DNA of 53,556 nucleotides, the filler included, from Sluysia triapertura (taxonomy: Eukaryota), in the NCBI GenBank assembly GCA_046118255.1. It is 4 parts of 4 records of this genome, joined end to end, with 100 filler letters (N's around TTAATTAATTAA, not from the genome) between each part and the next. Parts side by side here need not be neighbours in the genome. Positions count along the whole stretch, not along the records: positions 25,216 to 41,415 come from JBJNIA010208702.1; 3 more parts are not named here. One strand, written 5' to 3'. The translations under genes were made by a program, and so were the position numbers. Below, one piece after another: positions 27,660-39,261 of the stretch. A model generated the notes under the pieces. That model had not been told where the DNA came from and did no database searches. It saw only the letters and a list, made by a program, of their open reading frames with translations. The first letter of the stretch is position 1. Each line of letters opens with the position of its first letter.

Positions 27660-27862
27660 ACAAAACAGGAAAAAATACAGAATGTTCACCAGAATTTTTT
27701 GGAGAAAGTATTTATTTTCCAACACTTTACATTTTCCGTGACAATTGTCTGTAAATGGCATGTATTTATACACTTGATCAATAAATATTTTCATAGTATC
27801 CTTGAAAAATGTTGAATTTTATCACAAAAATAGTCTTTAGTCTAATAGTTTGGCCACCACTG
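27660..27862 (+). mobile_element. Terminal fragment of the same Tc1 family as 955-1499 (opposite orientation)
   Basis: Ends in TAGTCTAATAGTTTGGCCACCACTG (reverse complement CAGTGGTGGCCAAACTATTAGAC). The internal ~180 nt is an inverted homologue of 980-1150. Confidence 0.75.
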
Positions 27863-27897
27863 CATTTGTCACCATATTTATTGTTTTTCTTTTCTTG

Positions 27898-28628
27898 TTT
27901 AGGCACAAGGTCGTGCGGTTTCTTACAATAAAAATAAAAACCATGCAAAAAATTTCAAATAATAAAATGAATTTAAATCATTAGAAAAACAAATATCTGT
28001 CTCAATCGGTGAGATATTCTCCGCCACAATCGATCACACTTCCTTCCACTGTTCTGGCAGTTTGTCAACCTCACATTTGAAGAAGCTTGGTGATTTTTGG
28101 TCGAAAAATTCTTTAATCCACGTTATTGCTTCTTCGACATGGAGAGTAAAGATTCATAAATCGAAATACGTTGATTTTTGTGACTTTCTTTAAGAAGGTG
28201 AGGTACCCATGACCCAAACTTTTGAATTTTTCCCACTTTGAGATGTCGAGAAATAGTGGTGTGATCACAATTCATGGCTTGTCCAAACGCTCGTGTCGAT
28301 TGACGCTGATCATCATGAATCAACTTGTTCATCATCAAAGTTACTAAGTGGGCCTAACCGAGGTGCATCGTTTAAATCAAAATTTCCAATGTTAAATTTC
28401 GAAAACCGCCGTTCTGGTGGCTTTGGCAGCGTTTAAATGATTAATATAGAAAAGGAGTAGGTACCGGAAATGTTCATATTTATTTACCTCCATTTTAATG
28501 AGGGTAATGAAATTGAAAGTTAGTCTAAAATGATTTAAATAGGTAATTCGGCTGAATAAATATAACTCAAATCAATTAAAACAAGAAGTGTGTTTTCTTT
28601 GCAACAAATAAACGGCACGAATTTATAT
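27898..28628 (-). mobile_element. Internally deleted mariner with both termini
   Basis: TIR-like ends CACAAGGTCGTGCGGTTT and AAACGGCACGAATTTATA. ORF 28123-28338 has HTH STRAFGQAMNCDHTTISRHL and WVPHLLKE. C-terminal KLPEQWKEV is also present. Confidence 0.88.
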
Positions 28629-30089
28629 ATTGATAATATATTGATAATTATAAGTAATATCAGTTTAGTGTTATTTTTAATTAAAAAATTCATCGCATTT
28701 AACATATTTCTATTACAAATTGTTTATCAGAAATTAATTAAGTGGTAACAAAAAAAACAAAAATGCAGCTAAAAGCGCATTAAACTATTATTTTTTGCTT
28801 AAATTATAAACTTACAGTAATCCTAAATTTCGAACAAAATTATAAAATTCACAGTAACTGCAATCGTGACATTTTACGTAGACATTATATTTCCTAAAGG
28901 TAACAAATAATCTCCAAATTTCATAATTAAATTTGAATAAAGCCGACTAAAGAATTTATACTAATATTTAATATTATTTTACAAATTTCCACTGCACACA
29001 TGCGGCTGCATCATTTATAAGACTTACGATGTCACACACTGTGTAATAGTGAGAGTAAAAACCATATTGAACGGGTGGAACATCCTCTCATACACTTTTC
29101 TTACCATTTCACTAGTTTTTAAAATCTAATGGTACAAATATTTCACATGTATTCTTCATTTATTTTTATTAATATTTATTAAATTTCAAGTAATTTTAAA
29201 TTTTCTTTCTGTTTCAACGACAACAAAATAAATATTTGAGGAAATGATAGTTGTTATTAAAAAGTTATTTTCCTTCAATAAACCAAGTATCAATTATTTT
29301 TATTCATCGAGAATTTCAGATTCCGTTACTGCTGCAAGAACAACTTCATTCTGAACCAGAGTTAAAAACGTGGGTCCAACTTTTAGATCCTTTCCAACGT
29401 TTAGTTCCTCGAAAGCAGCGAGCTCTCTAAAATTTTTCATAAGTAGGGGTGGGGAAATAAAAAAAGTTTTACAGTAATAATAGTATTATTAATATAAGAT
29501 AAAAATTATAAATTTAAATAATATATTCGCACATCACCGGCATATTTATAGTATTATAAACAAATTATATTATATTTGAAACATGGATAAGGACTGACTT
29601 CACATTATTTAATAAAATATCATTTATTGCATTGAGAGCCGTGATTACGGCACATCAAAACTTTTTCAAATACAATAATTTTTTCTTAAAGTACATATTT
29701 CTGTTGAATCATACATATGGTTAACAGTTTATTTTCGTCTGAAAACTTTCATAATTGTTTTCACTCAATTTGGGTAAGAATGTTCTTTGATGTATTTGTC
29801 ACGTGACGGAAATTTTGAACTCTATAATGAATTATTAATAATTTTCACTAATGACTTCGTTAGCATTAGGTCACTGCAACTTGTTTTTGACATTTTCGAC
29901 ATAATATTTATTAAATCATTTTCATTAATTGTTGTAAATTCAAAAACATTTAATATTATTTTGATTTTTTAAGATAATATATGGATTTATTATTATTTTA
30001 TATTTTTTCAACTTTTTATACAAAAAATTTCAAGTCATTTGAGGTAATTTTATCCTTTCTTTACCTGTTTTCATTTCCATTTATTTCAT

Positions 30090-30447
30090 GTAGAAAAGTG
30101 AAAAAATTGCAATTAATAAATCAAGCAGCAAGATTAATTCTCCAAGTGGGAACATCTTATCTTAAGAAATTGCATTGGTTACCAAAAACAGCAAGAATCA
30201 TGACAATAATTAACAAATGCTTACATTATGTAAGTCCTGAATATCTCTTATAAATAATAAAAATTTGGAAACCAAGATGAATATTTCATTGAGACATATT
30301 AATAATCTATACAGAATCCACAGTGATAATAAGAGCTAGATGATAGGTTGTATACTGTTTATGTTTCAAAAATATACAACCAATATTATGGTGAATGATT
30401 TATTTTAAGCGCTTACTTTGTAGTAGATGAGCGCAATATAAATTAAT
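30090..30447 (+). mobile_element. L2/Crack-like LINE 3' end
   Basis: KLQLINQAARLIL...LKKLHWLP...NKCLH..SPEYL is the post-RT region of L2-clade ORF2. It is followed by the AAGCGCTT...GCGCAATATAAAT tail and a microsatellite. Confidence 0.8.
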
Positions 30448-30466
30448 ATTATTATTATTATCATTA

Positions 30467-30497
<31 letters not shown>

Positions 30498-30540
30498 TAT
30501 TATCATCATCATCATCATCGTCGTCGTCGTCGTCGTCATC
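30447..30540. repeat. Compound microsatellite (ATT)n-(ATC)n-(GTC)n
   Basis: Direct reading. Confidence 0.95.
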
Positions 30541-32434
30541 TTAACTAAATAATCTCCGCATTATAGCAAAATTCCTCAATAACATTAAGTTTTAAAACAT
30601 TTTTACATGCTTATCTAATTAAGAGGATTACGATCTTAATACATTTTGCTTAAAAGAATTTTTACATTTTAAGTGTATGCATTTCTACATTAAACCTAAA
30701 ACTTATTTCTAATCAAATCCATAATAAATTGAGTACCTTTAACAATTATTACTGCTTTTGCATTTTTTAAAAATTATTCTATTTTGTAAGGTTATAAAAC
30801 CAAGTATACCTTGTGTCAAATAGCATGAGTTATTTTTCACATGAAAAATGTGATTAGCTTGAATTATATTACTTTTATAGAATTGTTTTTTCATTATAAT
30901 AAAACAATTTGATTAGGTAATATTTAATTGCATGATTAACAATATATTTCGTAATTAGTAAGTCTTATTAAAAATAACTGCTTCATTAAATACCTACTTT
31001 AATATGGAACGAATTAACTATTTTTTTACTTTATACAACATTTTCTATGGCAGTTTTTTCTCTAGTTAATAATGCACAAATTACTTTAAACTGCAAAAAT
31101 TTAGGCCAATTTTTTAAGTAATTTTTCCTCCATTCACAGTTTTATCACTTCAATTATTATTTCTATTATTCTTCTATTATTATTAGGCTATACCAAATAA
31201 TGATCATATGAACAAATCAGATAATTGGACACAAATAATTATAAAAGCAAAAAATTTCTAAATATAATTATTTATAAATACTTACAATTGCAAATATACT
31301 CATATAACCTCAATAAAATATCGAATAGCTTTTTATAGAAAAATTACACATTTTCTTAAAAAAATAATTTACTTTTCAAGATTTATGCACAACTACATAT
31401 TTTAATATTTTCTTATTGTTAAAATCCTGTGATAAAAAATAACTTAACTTTATATGAATTTCACATCATATATTCAATTGTAAAAGTTGCTTTTTGTTTA
31501 TTCGCAGTTTATGTGCATGTTGTTATCAGTAAAGTACAAATGTATTACCTAATAATTACATGTATCCAATCTAAGTATTTTAATTTGTTTGATAAGATAA
31601 TGAAACTAAATAATCATTGAGAAAATTTTGCAAAAATCGAAAATTTGAAATATAAACATTAATACCTCAATTTTGTGTTAAACTATTATGTATAAGCACG
31701 TTTTTCAATTAGCATATATGTGTTATTATTAACTTGCATTTTAGACCAACGTAATGTTCTTAAAGAACGACAAACTAGTAAAGTTCGCGAGATTCTTATA
31801 CAACCAATAATGGCAACAAATTAAATAAGTCAAATACAAAAAAATATGCATTTTTGTCATTTTTTTCCATGTTTGAAAAAGGACTTAATGATATACAAAA
31901 GTGGCATGTTTAATTAACTAGTGTTTATATTCTAACTTTATTAATGTATTTTCTTTAAAATGAAGATGTAAAAATACTTTTAAAGTGATTTACTTTCTAT
32001 TTCACCACGTAACAGTATGTGTATAAATTCCAATCTGATTTTTAAATACATTAATGTATTAAAAATCTAAAATACTCGAAACTAAGTTAATATGAATATT
32101 AAAATATTCAAACTAACGGCAATATGCTTAAGTAATTTAGTCAATAAGCTCGTATGTTTTCCAAAAGTGATTAATTTATTTATAAGTATTTTAATCGTAC
32201 ATTCAGTGTAAGAATGCATCTTCATTAAAGTTAATTGTAATCTAAATTTAGTATTTTCAAAAAAATAATGTTAATTTAATTATACAGACAAAATAGCATC
32301 ATAATTTAAATGTAAAAATAATTTTAAAACTTCAAAAATGCTTATATTAATTTATTATCAAATTATGTATAAGAATATTGTGATATCTTATTTTAAATTT
32401 AATTAATTGCTTATTTGTACAATCTTAAATTAAC

Positions 32435-32669
32435 CTGTATTTGTTCCGGTGTACCCAAATCAAAAAACCGTTGAATCACATAGTTACCAAAGACATCTGT
32501 CATTAAATTATAACAGTGTGGTATAATTTCTCGAAATACTACTGACTTTTCACTTATACTTGCGTCTTGAAGTTTCTGTTGAATAAATCTTGAGCCGTGT
32601 TGATCTTGAGCAAACTCTACCACATGGTTTGTCAAATCGTGCAATGATATTGATGTCAAATGATTATTT
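32435..32669 (-). CDS. pum: Pumilio exon: PUF repeats 1-2
   Basis: taAG acceptor and CAG|gttaat donor. Encodes [34 protein letters not shown]...[24 protein letters not shown]. Separated from the upstream exon by an 81-nt intron (32670-32750). Confidence 0.97.
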
Positions 32670-32750
32670 CTTAATTATTTTTAATTATTTAATATAAATA
32701 CATCCTTATAAATTTATGTACTAAATTTATAATAAATATAAAATACTTAC

Positions 32751-34281
32751 CTGAAATTTTCTAGTAACTTGCTTCGAACAATACCATCTTTTTGAGGACC
32801 TCCAGCATTCATAATTTGCTTAAATTGACCTTGAGGACCAGATACAGGTTTTGCTGTGCCAACAGCCGCAGCTGTTGGTAACATTGCATTATTCATAGGA
32901 GGTCCCATCATAGATTGATGATGTAAAGCAGAGGGTCCCGGTGGTGCTGAATATGGCCCACCCCCTACAGTTTGTGGATGTGTAGCGGAAGGTGGAGGTG
33001 GTTGAGGTGGCGGGCCTGTAGCAGCAGTAGCAGATGCATGCAATGTCTGTGGTACGAAAAATCCAGACATTAATGCATTAAAAGCAGCTGGATTGGTACT
33101 TAAAAGATTATTTTGTCCTGATGGTGCATAACCTAATAAAATCATTAACCATATAAAAGTCATACCTGGATTATTTGCAACAGCTGAAGTGTTCTGCGAC
33201 ATGCTATTTTGTGGTGGCATTGACGGAGCCGTAACAACAGGTTGGCTACAGCCTGCAAATGAACCAGGATTAGTACCAGACGCAGTCAACATGTTATTTA
33301 ACGTATGTATTGCGTCAGACATTAGACCAGTTTGTTGAGAAGGTCCTGCAGCACTTCCAGGAGCTCCATGTGGATGAATTTGTCCTGGGCCATTTGGATT
33401 AGTTCCGGCAGCAGCTTGAGCTTGCTGTCCAGACATTTGAGCACCACCAAACGCGGTTAAAAATAGAGAACGAGCAAATAAGGCTGCTGCTGCCTGGTTC
33501 GACTGTATTTGTGCATTATTAGGTTGAGAACCGGGATGTTGCGGATGAGCCTGTTGCACAGGGCCATTTTGAATTTGTGTAGGCCCTGCATTTGTATGAC
33601 TGTAAATTTGTGATGGTGGACGATCATAAACAGTCGGCTGTTGAGTAAATCCGAATGAATGAGATGCTGCTGTTGGTGTTGAAGCTGCATTGATATAATC
33701 AGCCATGCTATTATTTCCCGAAGGCCATAAAAATGGTCCAGGCTCCATGTCTTCTTGTTTGTTAACAGAATTATGTAGAGGGCTTGAATTTCCACCTTGA
33801 TCTATAACAGAAGTCATATAATCACTTTGAGTTGGTGCTAAACCCGGCGGAGGTGGTAAAGCATTCTGATGTTGATGGGATGGAACCTGAAATCCTGCAT
33901 TATTTCCACCAGTTGGAGTATGTTGACTTTGATTTGTAGCTGAAAATGATGCTGCTATAATTGCTGGGTCATAAAATTGTTGCTGTTGATTATTTGCTAT
34001 ACTAGTTATTGGAGCAACTGAACTTTGAGAAGTACCTGAATGAACCACTTGTGATGAGTTTGGATGCTGCCCAATTGCAGAAGGAGTAGGTTGACCGATA
34101 CTACCAAAAATAGAATTATCTGGCGTTCCACAAAGCGCTGGAGTATGTTGAAATAATTGATTTGATGGCAAATAATAATGAGGTGGCGATTGCGGATATC
34201 CGGGAGCACTACCGTTTGAATAACCAAAACCTCCCGTTTGATTGTTAAGGAAATTTTCCATTAAATCTGATTGACACATGA
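32751..34281 (-). CDS. pum: Pumilio large N-terminal low-complexity (Q/A/P/S/G-rich) exon(s), probably interrupted by a 33-nt intron at 33133-33165
   Basis: 510-codon ORF ending RSKLLENFR (Pumilio RSRLLEDFR) with an AG|gtaagt donor. ctAG acceptor at 34282-83. Confidence 0.93.
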
Positions 34282-34619
34282 CTAGTTTTAAATATATAAA
34301 CTTATATTATCTATACTATCTACCCAATTATAAACACATAGAAACATTTAAAAACATTGAAAATTAAATAAAAAATTACCATTACCTTTATTCCATGCTT
34401 CTATTTAATTTTCGTAAAATTTTAGTCTTAGCAAGCACATCAAATACACTTAAACAAACATAAATTTGTTATATGGCATTAAAATTTAAGAATTATACAT
34501 TAAGCACATCTTAATCATGAAAAAATCTCTTAAAGCCAAATAACAGAACATTTAAACATTAAATTTAACATCAATTAAAACATTTAAGTGGGTAGTACAT
34601 CTACTTTTATATAACAAAC

Positions 34620-35158
34620 CTCCGGTTCCAGGTGACGAACTAAGAACCTTATTCACCATCTGTATACCTAATGAAACCATTTCTTTTGAAATAGGCGACA
34701 TAAAAGAACTACCATCATTATTATTTCCGCCAAGCGGATCACGCTGATGCCCACCCGGATGCACAGGAATTGGTTGAGAAATACTATTATCCACAGAATT
34801 ATCCCAATTTCTTGAATCATTACCACCAATAGGCTGCATTGCAGCATTCCCGGATACTCCAATTGGACCAGATTGCCAATAAGTGTGGTCATCAAAATTT
34901 AAATGAGATAGCTGACGACTTAAATGGTCGGTTGCATTATTAGGTATTGGAAGACCAGGCGATACTTGCCAATCTTCGGAATAAATCATATTAGATGAAT
35001 AATAAGATGCCATATTAGGTAAAACTGCTGAGGCTTGTTGACTAATAGGCAATTGATGACAACCTTGACTACTATTAATTCTTTCATTATTTGCATTTTC
35101 ATGATATTCAGACATTTCCAATGATTTGCAATATAAAGAACAATTATATACAGATTTC
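34620..35158 (-). CDS. pum: Pumilio N-terminal exon containing a PCMa-like conserved motif
   Basis: FMSPISKEMVSLGIQMVNKVLSSSP resembles Pumilio [22 protein letters not shown]. tttcAG acceptor at 35159-60. The G|gtttgt donor at 34619 is inferred; an alternative is A|gtagat 15 nt further on. The first in-frame ATG is at 35115. Confidence 0.8.
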
Positions 35159-37488
35159 CTGAAATAATTTATGACATCATAATTTTTATATTATCTTTAT
35201 TTCTTATAGAACAAATTAGACAAAATCAAATACCTTTATGTACACTATGTACACAATTAAAAAAAATTAAGATTTTTGTTATTAACCGCTTTATTAAAAA
35301 CAATATGCCATATTATGTTAATACAGTTAAACAATTTTAGAAAGTCATCTAATGTTTTATGGAAAAGCTTTCCTTAGATAAAAATAAAGAAGTATTTTAC
35401 AATATTATTATATAAATATAACCTTTTTATTTTGAATAATTCTATATAATGTTTTTATTTGAAATTAATTATTCTTAAAGCTTGTTTATAAATTTATAAT
35501 TATTATTTCAAAAATAAATTAAATTTTTATATTTATAAAATCAGTTACCGACAAAATTTTGACACGTATAGACTAATTTTAAACTTTTTTCTTGCATAAT
35601 GCAAAATTAATATTTAACTTTTAGTATGCACTGACACGTGAAATATGCCACAGGAGTGTGTAATTTGTGTCAGAAAACATTAGAACTATTGCAAAAAATC
35701 AAACAATTATTGTAAATTAAATATTTAAACTTTTTATTTATTTATAAATCAATTGTGCTAAATGGTATTTTAATGTGAATCAACGGCTTTAGTTTCAAGT
35801 TAAGCTCATTTAACAAACTCAATTCATAATTATATAATTTATTACTTGTTTGACAAGTTTCTTAAAGTATTTAATGTTGATTTGCTTTTGATCTTTCCTA
35901 CAAATATTTTTTTATTTAACTAATAAATCATTTAAAAATTGCGATTATTAAAAAATCAACTTAATTAAATAATAATATGCATTTTATTCTAAATGTCGAA
36001 CATGAAACTAGGTTTTAATTGATCTGTTGGGTAGATTTATATTTTTTAAGTTCCTATTATTCTTTTGTTAAATATTCATTTGAAGCATACTAAGTAAAAT
36101 AGAATACAAAAGTAAGTTAAAATTCTTTTTATGAATACTTAGTTTTGTAGTATTAAATTTAAATTTAGATTATTAATTTAAGCTACTACTTTCACGGTAC
36201 ATTAATCTTTTGGATTGAATTCAACTTCATCGAAAGATTAAACAGTCATTATATGAGAATGTTTACAAACATTTTTAGTGCTTGACTAGATAATGTACAT
36301 AATTACTGTTATTTGTTTTTTAAAATGTGAAATTCTTAAATTATTAAATTCAAAATAAAAAGAAAAAGCAGAATTTGTTGAATATATCTACGAAAATTGA
36401 AAATTTCTATTTACTTTAACATAAAATGGCAGTTCATAAGCATCTAAACTCTATGTATATCCTATTGAAAGCTATTTTTTTGAAAACTAACCTACAACTT
36501 AATTTTACCTTAATATAGAGTCTGCTTATAGTCTACTTTTTGTATCCTTCTGCTAAACGTAGCTATATAATTTCATTTAAATTGAGTTTTAACGTCTAAG
36601 GAGCATTTAGCATAATTTTTTAATTACTTATCTTTTTGCTGTGACATAATTTATTAACCTTAATGTTCAAAATATTGATTTTAAAACTAATTTGTTGCTA
36701 ACCTTAAATTAGCATAAAAGTAATAATAATAGTTTGAGTCAAATATATTCGGCTAAATCCTAAATGAAATAAAACTTACGAATAATAGAAATTTCCAAGA
36801 TTAAATATTGTTGTTGATTGAAGTATTATTCTGAAATTGCCAATATGGATTCAGCCGCTCCTATCTGCAGTGTCTATTCCCGACTCAGTAAAGAATTATT
36901 GATCTTCTGTGAAAATTTTATGGGAATTATCTTAGTATTTTCATATTTTTAAAATATGAATCATGCAATCACAAAATTTCGTAATATTTTTATTTCTAAA
37001 ACTATAAAGTTAAAGTAAATAATAATATTTTCATTACCGAAACGATTTTTTATTGCTTGTGCCATAAAATATTTCTTATTTTTATTAATACCCAAATTTT
37101 TATCAAAGATTCCAGATTCACACTTGATAACTTATCAATAGTATAGTAATATATCATAAGAATGATAAAAATCAAATCGATTTTTGTCTGATTCATACGA
37201 TCATTCAAAATCTGAATGTCTTAGTCATTTAAACAATTAGCTAGGTTATTGTATCAGTGAATTACGAACTAATTGATGTGCACTTGGTTGATTATTATCT
37301 AAAAATTAATTAGTAAAATAAAATTACTTTTTATGCTTGACATCAATAACAACATTATTATGACCAGAACAATCAATATTGTCCACGAATGAAGAGGTAA
37401 TTTTAGTGGCTTCTAAAGACTATGAAATTTTCTTGAACAATTAGGTGATACATAATGCAACTTGCTGGTAATGTTAGACTTCAATAGA

Positions 37489-37534
37489 TGGACTGATGGG
37501 AAATCGAACTCGATCCTCTTATTTCACAACTCGA
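37489..37534 (-). pseudogene. Degenerate tRNA-like fragment related to 40408-40479
   Basis: Minus strand TCGAG...AGAGG...GTTCGATT..TCAGTCCA aligns with the 3' two-thirds of the tRNA-like gene. Confidence 0.5.
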
Positions 37535-38522
37535 TAAATTTAAAACTTTTATTTTACAACAAAACAAGTACGTACATTAATAGGGTACATAATCAAACAA
37601 TAAGGTATAATAAATATTAATAAAGGGATCATATTTATACAAGTAATTAATGTGATAAAGCTGGTGCTGCTGATGATAAGGGAAATATTAATAATTGTTG
37701 AAGTGTAGGGCCATAAGTTCACCTTTGTTGAGTGAGGAAGAACAAACACACTAAAACGTATATTGATATGGGTGAGAGTGAAAAGTATGACATTAAATCA
37801 CAATCATACCAATAATAAATCACAATTAAATGGGTGAAAAAGATTTGTTGATAAATACAGAAACGAAAGTGTAGGAAAATAAAAATAAAAGAATAGAAGA
37901 AAGAAATAAAAACTGAATGCAAAATGAAAAGTAAATAGAAATGAAAATGAAAATGTGGAAGAGAATATCAGTTCTCGTATAATCGATTGATTATTTACAA
38001 AGACTTAATTCCCCAAAACAAAAGATTAAAGATAAAGGATAGACAAACACCCTAACTGAGTAAAGTCCCAAGATTAAGTTATATAAAGGTCAAAGCTCCC
38101 GAGGTAAGGTTTGACCGAGAAGCCCATTTATTTAAGTTTACTACGTAAACATTCGAGAATCATATTATGTCTGACTGTATGACTAATGAAAATTCGAAGG
38201 CAAAAATGTAATACGTGGCAATGGTTTCCCGTTCAAAGTCACACCAGTAACAAGCAATGGGGAGTTACTAGTCTTAATCATAAAAATAAAATTCAGGTTA
38301 TTTAATAATAAGGAAAACGGGCAACCAGATAAAGGACTTCTCATAAAGCATTCGACAAAGCGACCTTGGATTTTGTGGGATTTCCAAATGTTGGCATTGG
38401 AAATGTTAATCAATTCATGAAGATATTTATCTACTTTCTCTTTATGAAGCCTATTTAATATGACTTCGTTTTCACCAAAGATGCCGCATTTCACACTTAA
38501 TTTTATTTGGTCCTCAAAGTAA

Positions 38523-39205
38523 AATAATTATTCACCCCAAAAATTAAACTCTTGAAAATCAAATCAAAAATAACGCAATAATTTACTATTAAACAAAAAT
38601 GAAAATATAATTTATTATCATTATTATAAATCTTTATTAAACAATATTCAAACTGGATAATAATATTAAGGACACTATAATATAACTAAAGAAACCAGGA
38701 GTGACGCAACAGACACTAAAATATCAATATCTAGAAAGTGAAGAATAATGATACTGCCCAAATATTTCTAGACAGCTTAACCAAATATAATTACAATTAA
38801 ATATTATAATAAAAGTTTGGGCAGAGATTCTTCCTAAAATGTAACAGTAATATATAAAAAAATTAATATTTGAAAAATAAATTGTGTAGGACATCTCTCA
38901 CAAAACTAATTTTAAAATCCAAAAAAAATATTGCAAAGGGAGCCTCTCACCAAATGGTATTAATATCTCTTAAAATATGTTGCATCTTTAAAATTATTAA
39001 CTATGATAAACCAATATTAATTCAAATAGCTTAAAAGGAATCTCAATTATCAAGTTTACGTTTTCAAAAAAATTCTCTTATTTGATATCAATAATTATTC
39101 TCCCCAAAAATTAAACTCTTTGAAATCAAACCAAAATAACACAATAATTTAATGATTACAAAAGAATGAAATTACAAATTATTGTTAGAAGTCTTTACTA
39201 ACACC
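38523..39205 (+). repeat. Pair of ~115-bp diverged direct repeats (38523-38640 and 39090-39205)
   Basis: Both begin AATAATTATTC(A/T)CCCCAAAAATTAAACTCTT..AAATCAAA.CAAAA.TAAC.CAATAATTTA. Confidence 0.85.
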
Positions 39206-39243
39206 AATAAAATAACTAAAACTGTGGTAGGCTGGGCCACCAC

Positions 39244-39261
39244 ACTGACCGGGAATCGAAC
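39244..39261 (-). pseudogene. tRNA 3'-half fragment (T loop plus 3' acceptor strand)
   Basis: GTTCGATTCCCGGTCAGT matches the 3' end of the 40408-40479 gene at 17 of 18 positions. Confidence 0.6.

Noticed and set aside
33457-34895. Alternative-frame ORFs overlapping Pumilio, and similar antisense or shifted ORFs over the PLC and HAD exons
   Set aside because: Shadow ORFs of GC-richer coding sequence with no recognisable motifs.
36780-36910. Further upstream Pumilio exon (GTAAGT donor at 36779)
   Set aside because: There is an in-frame stop further upstream and no conserved peptide. It could be a short or 5' UTR exon, but this is unsupported without transcripts.
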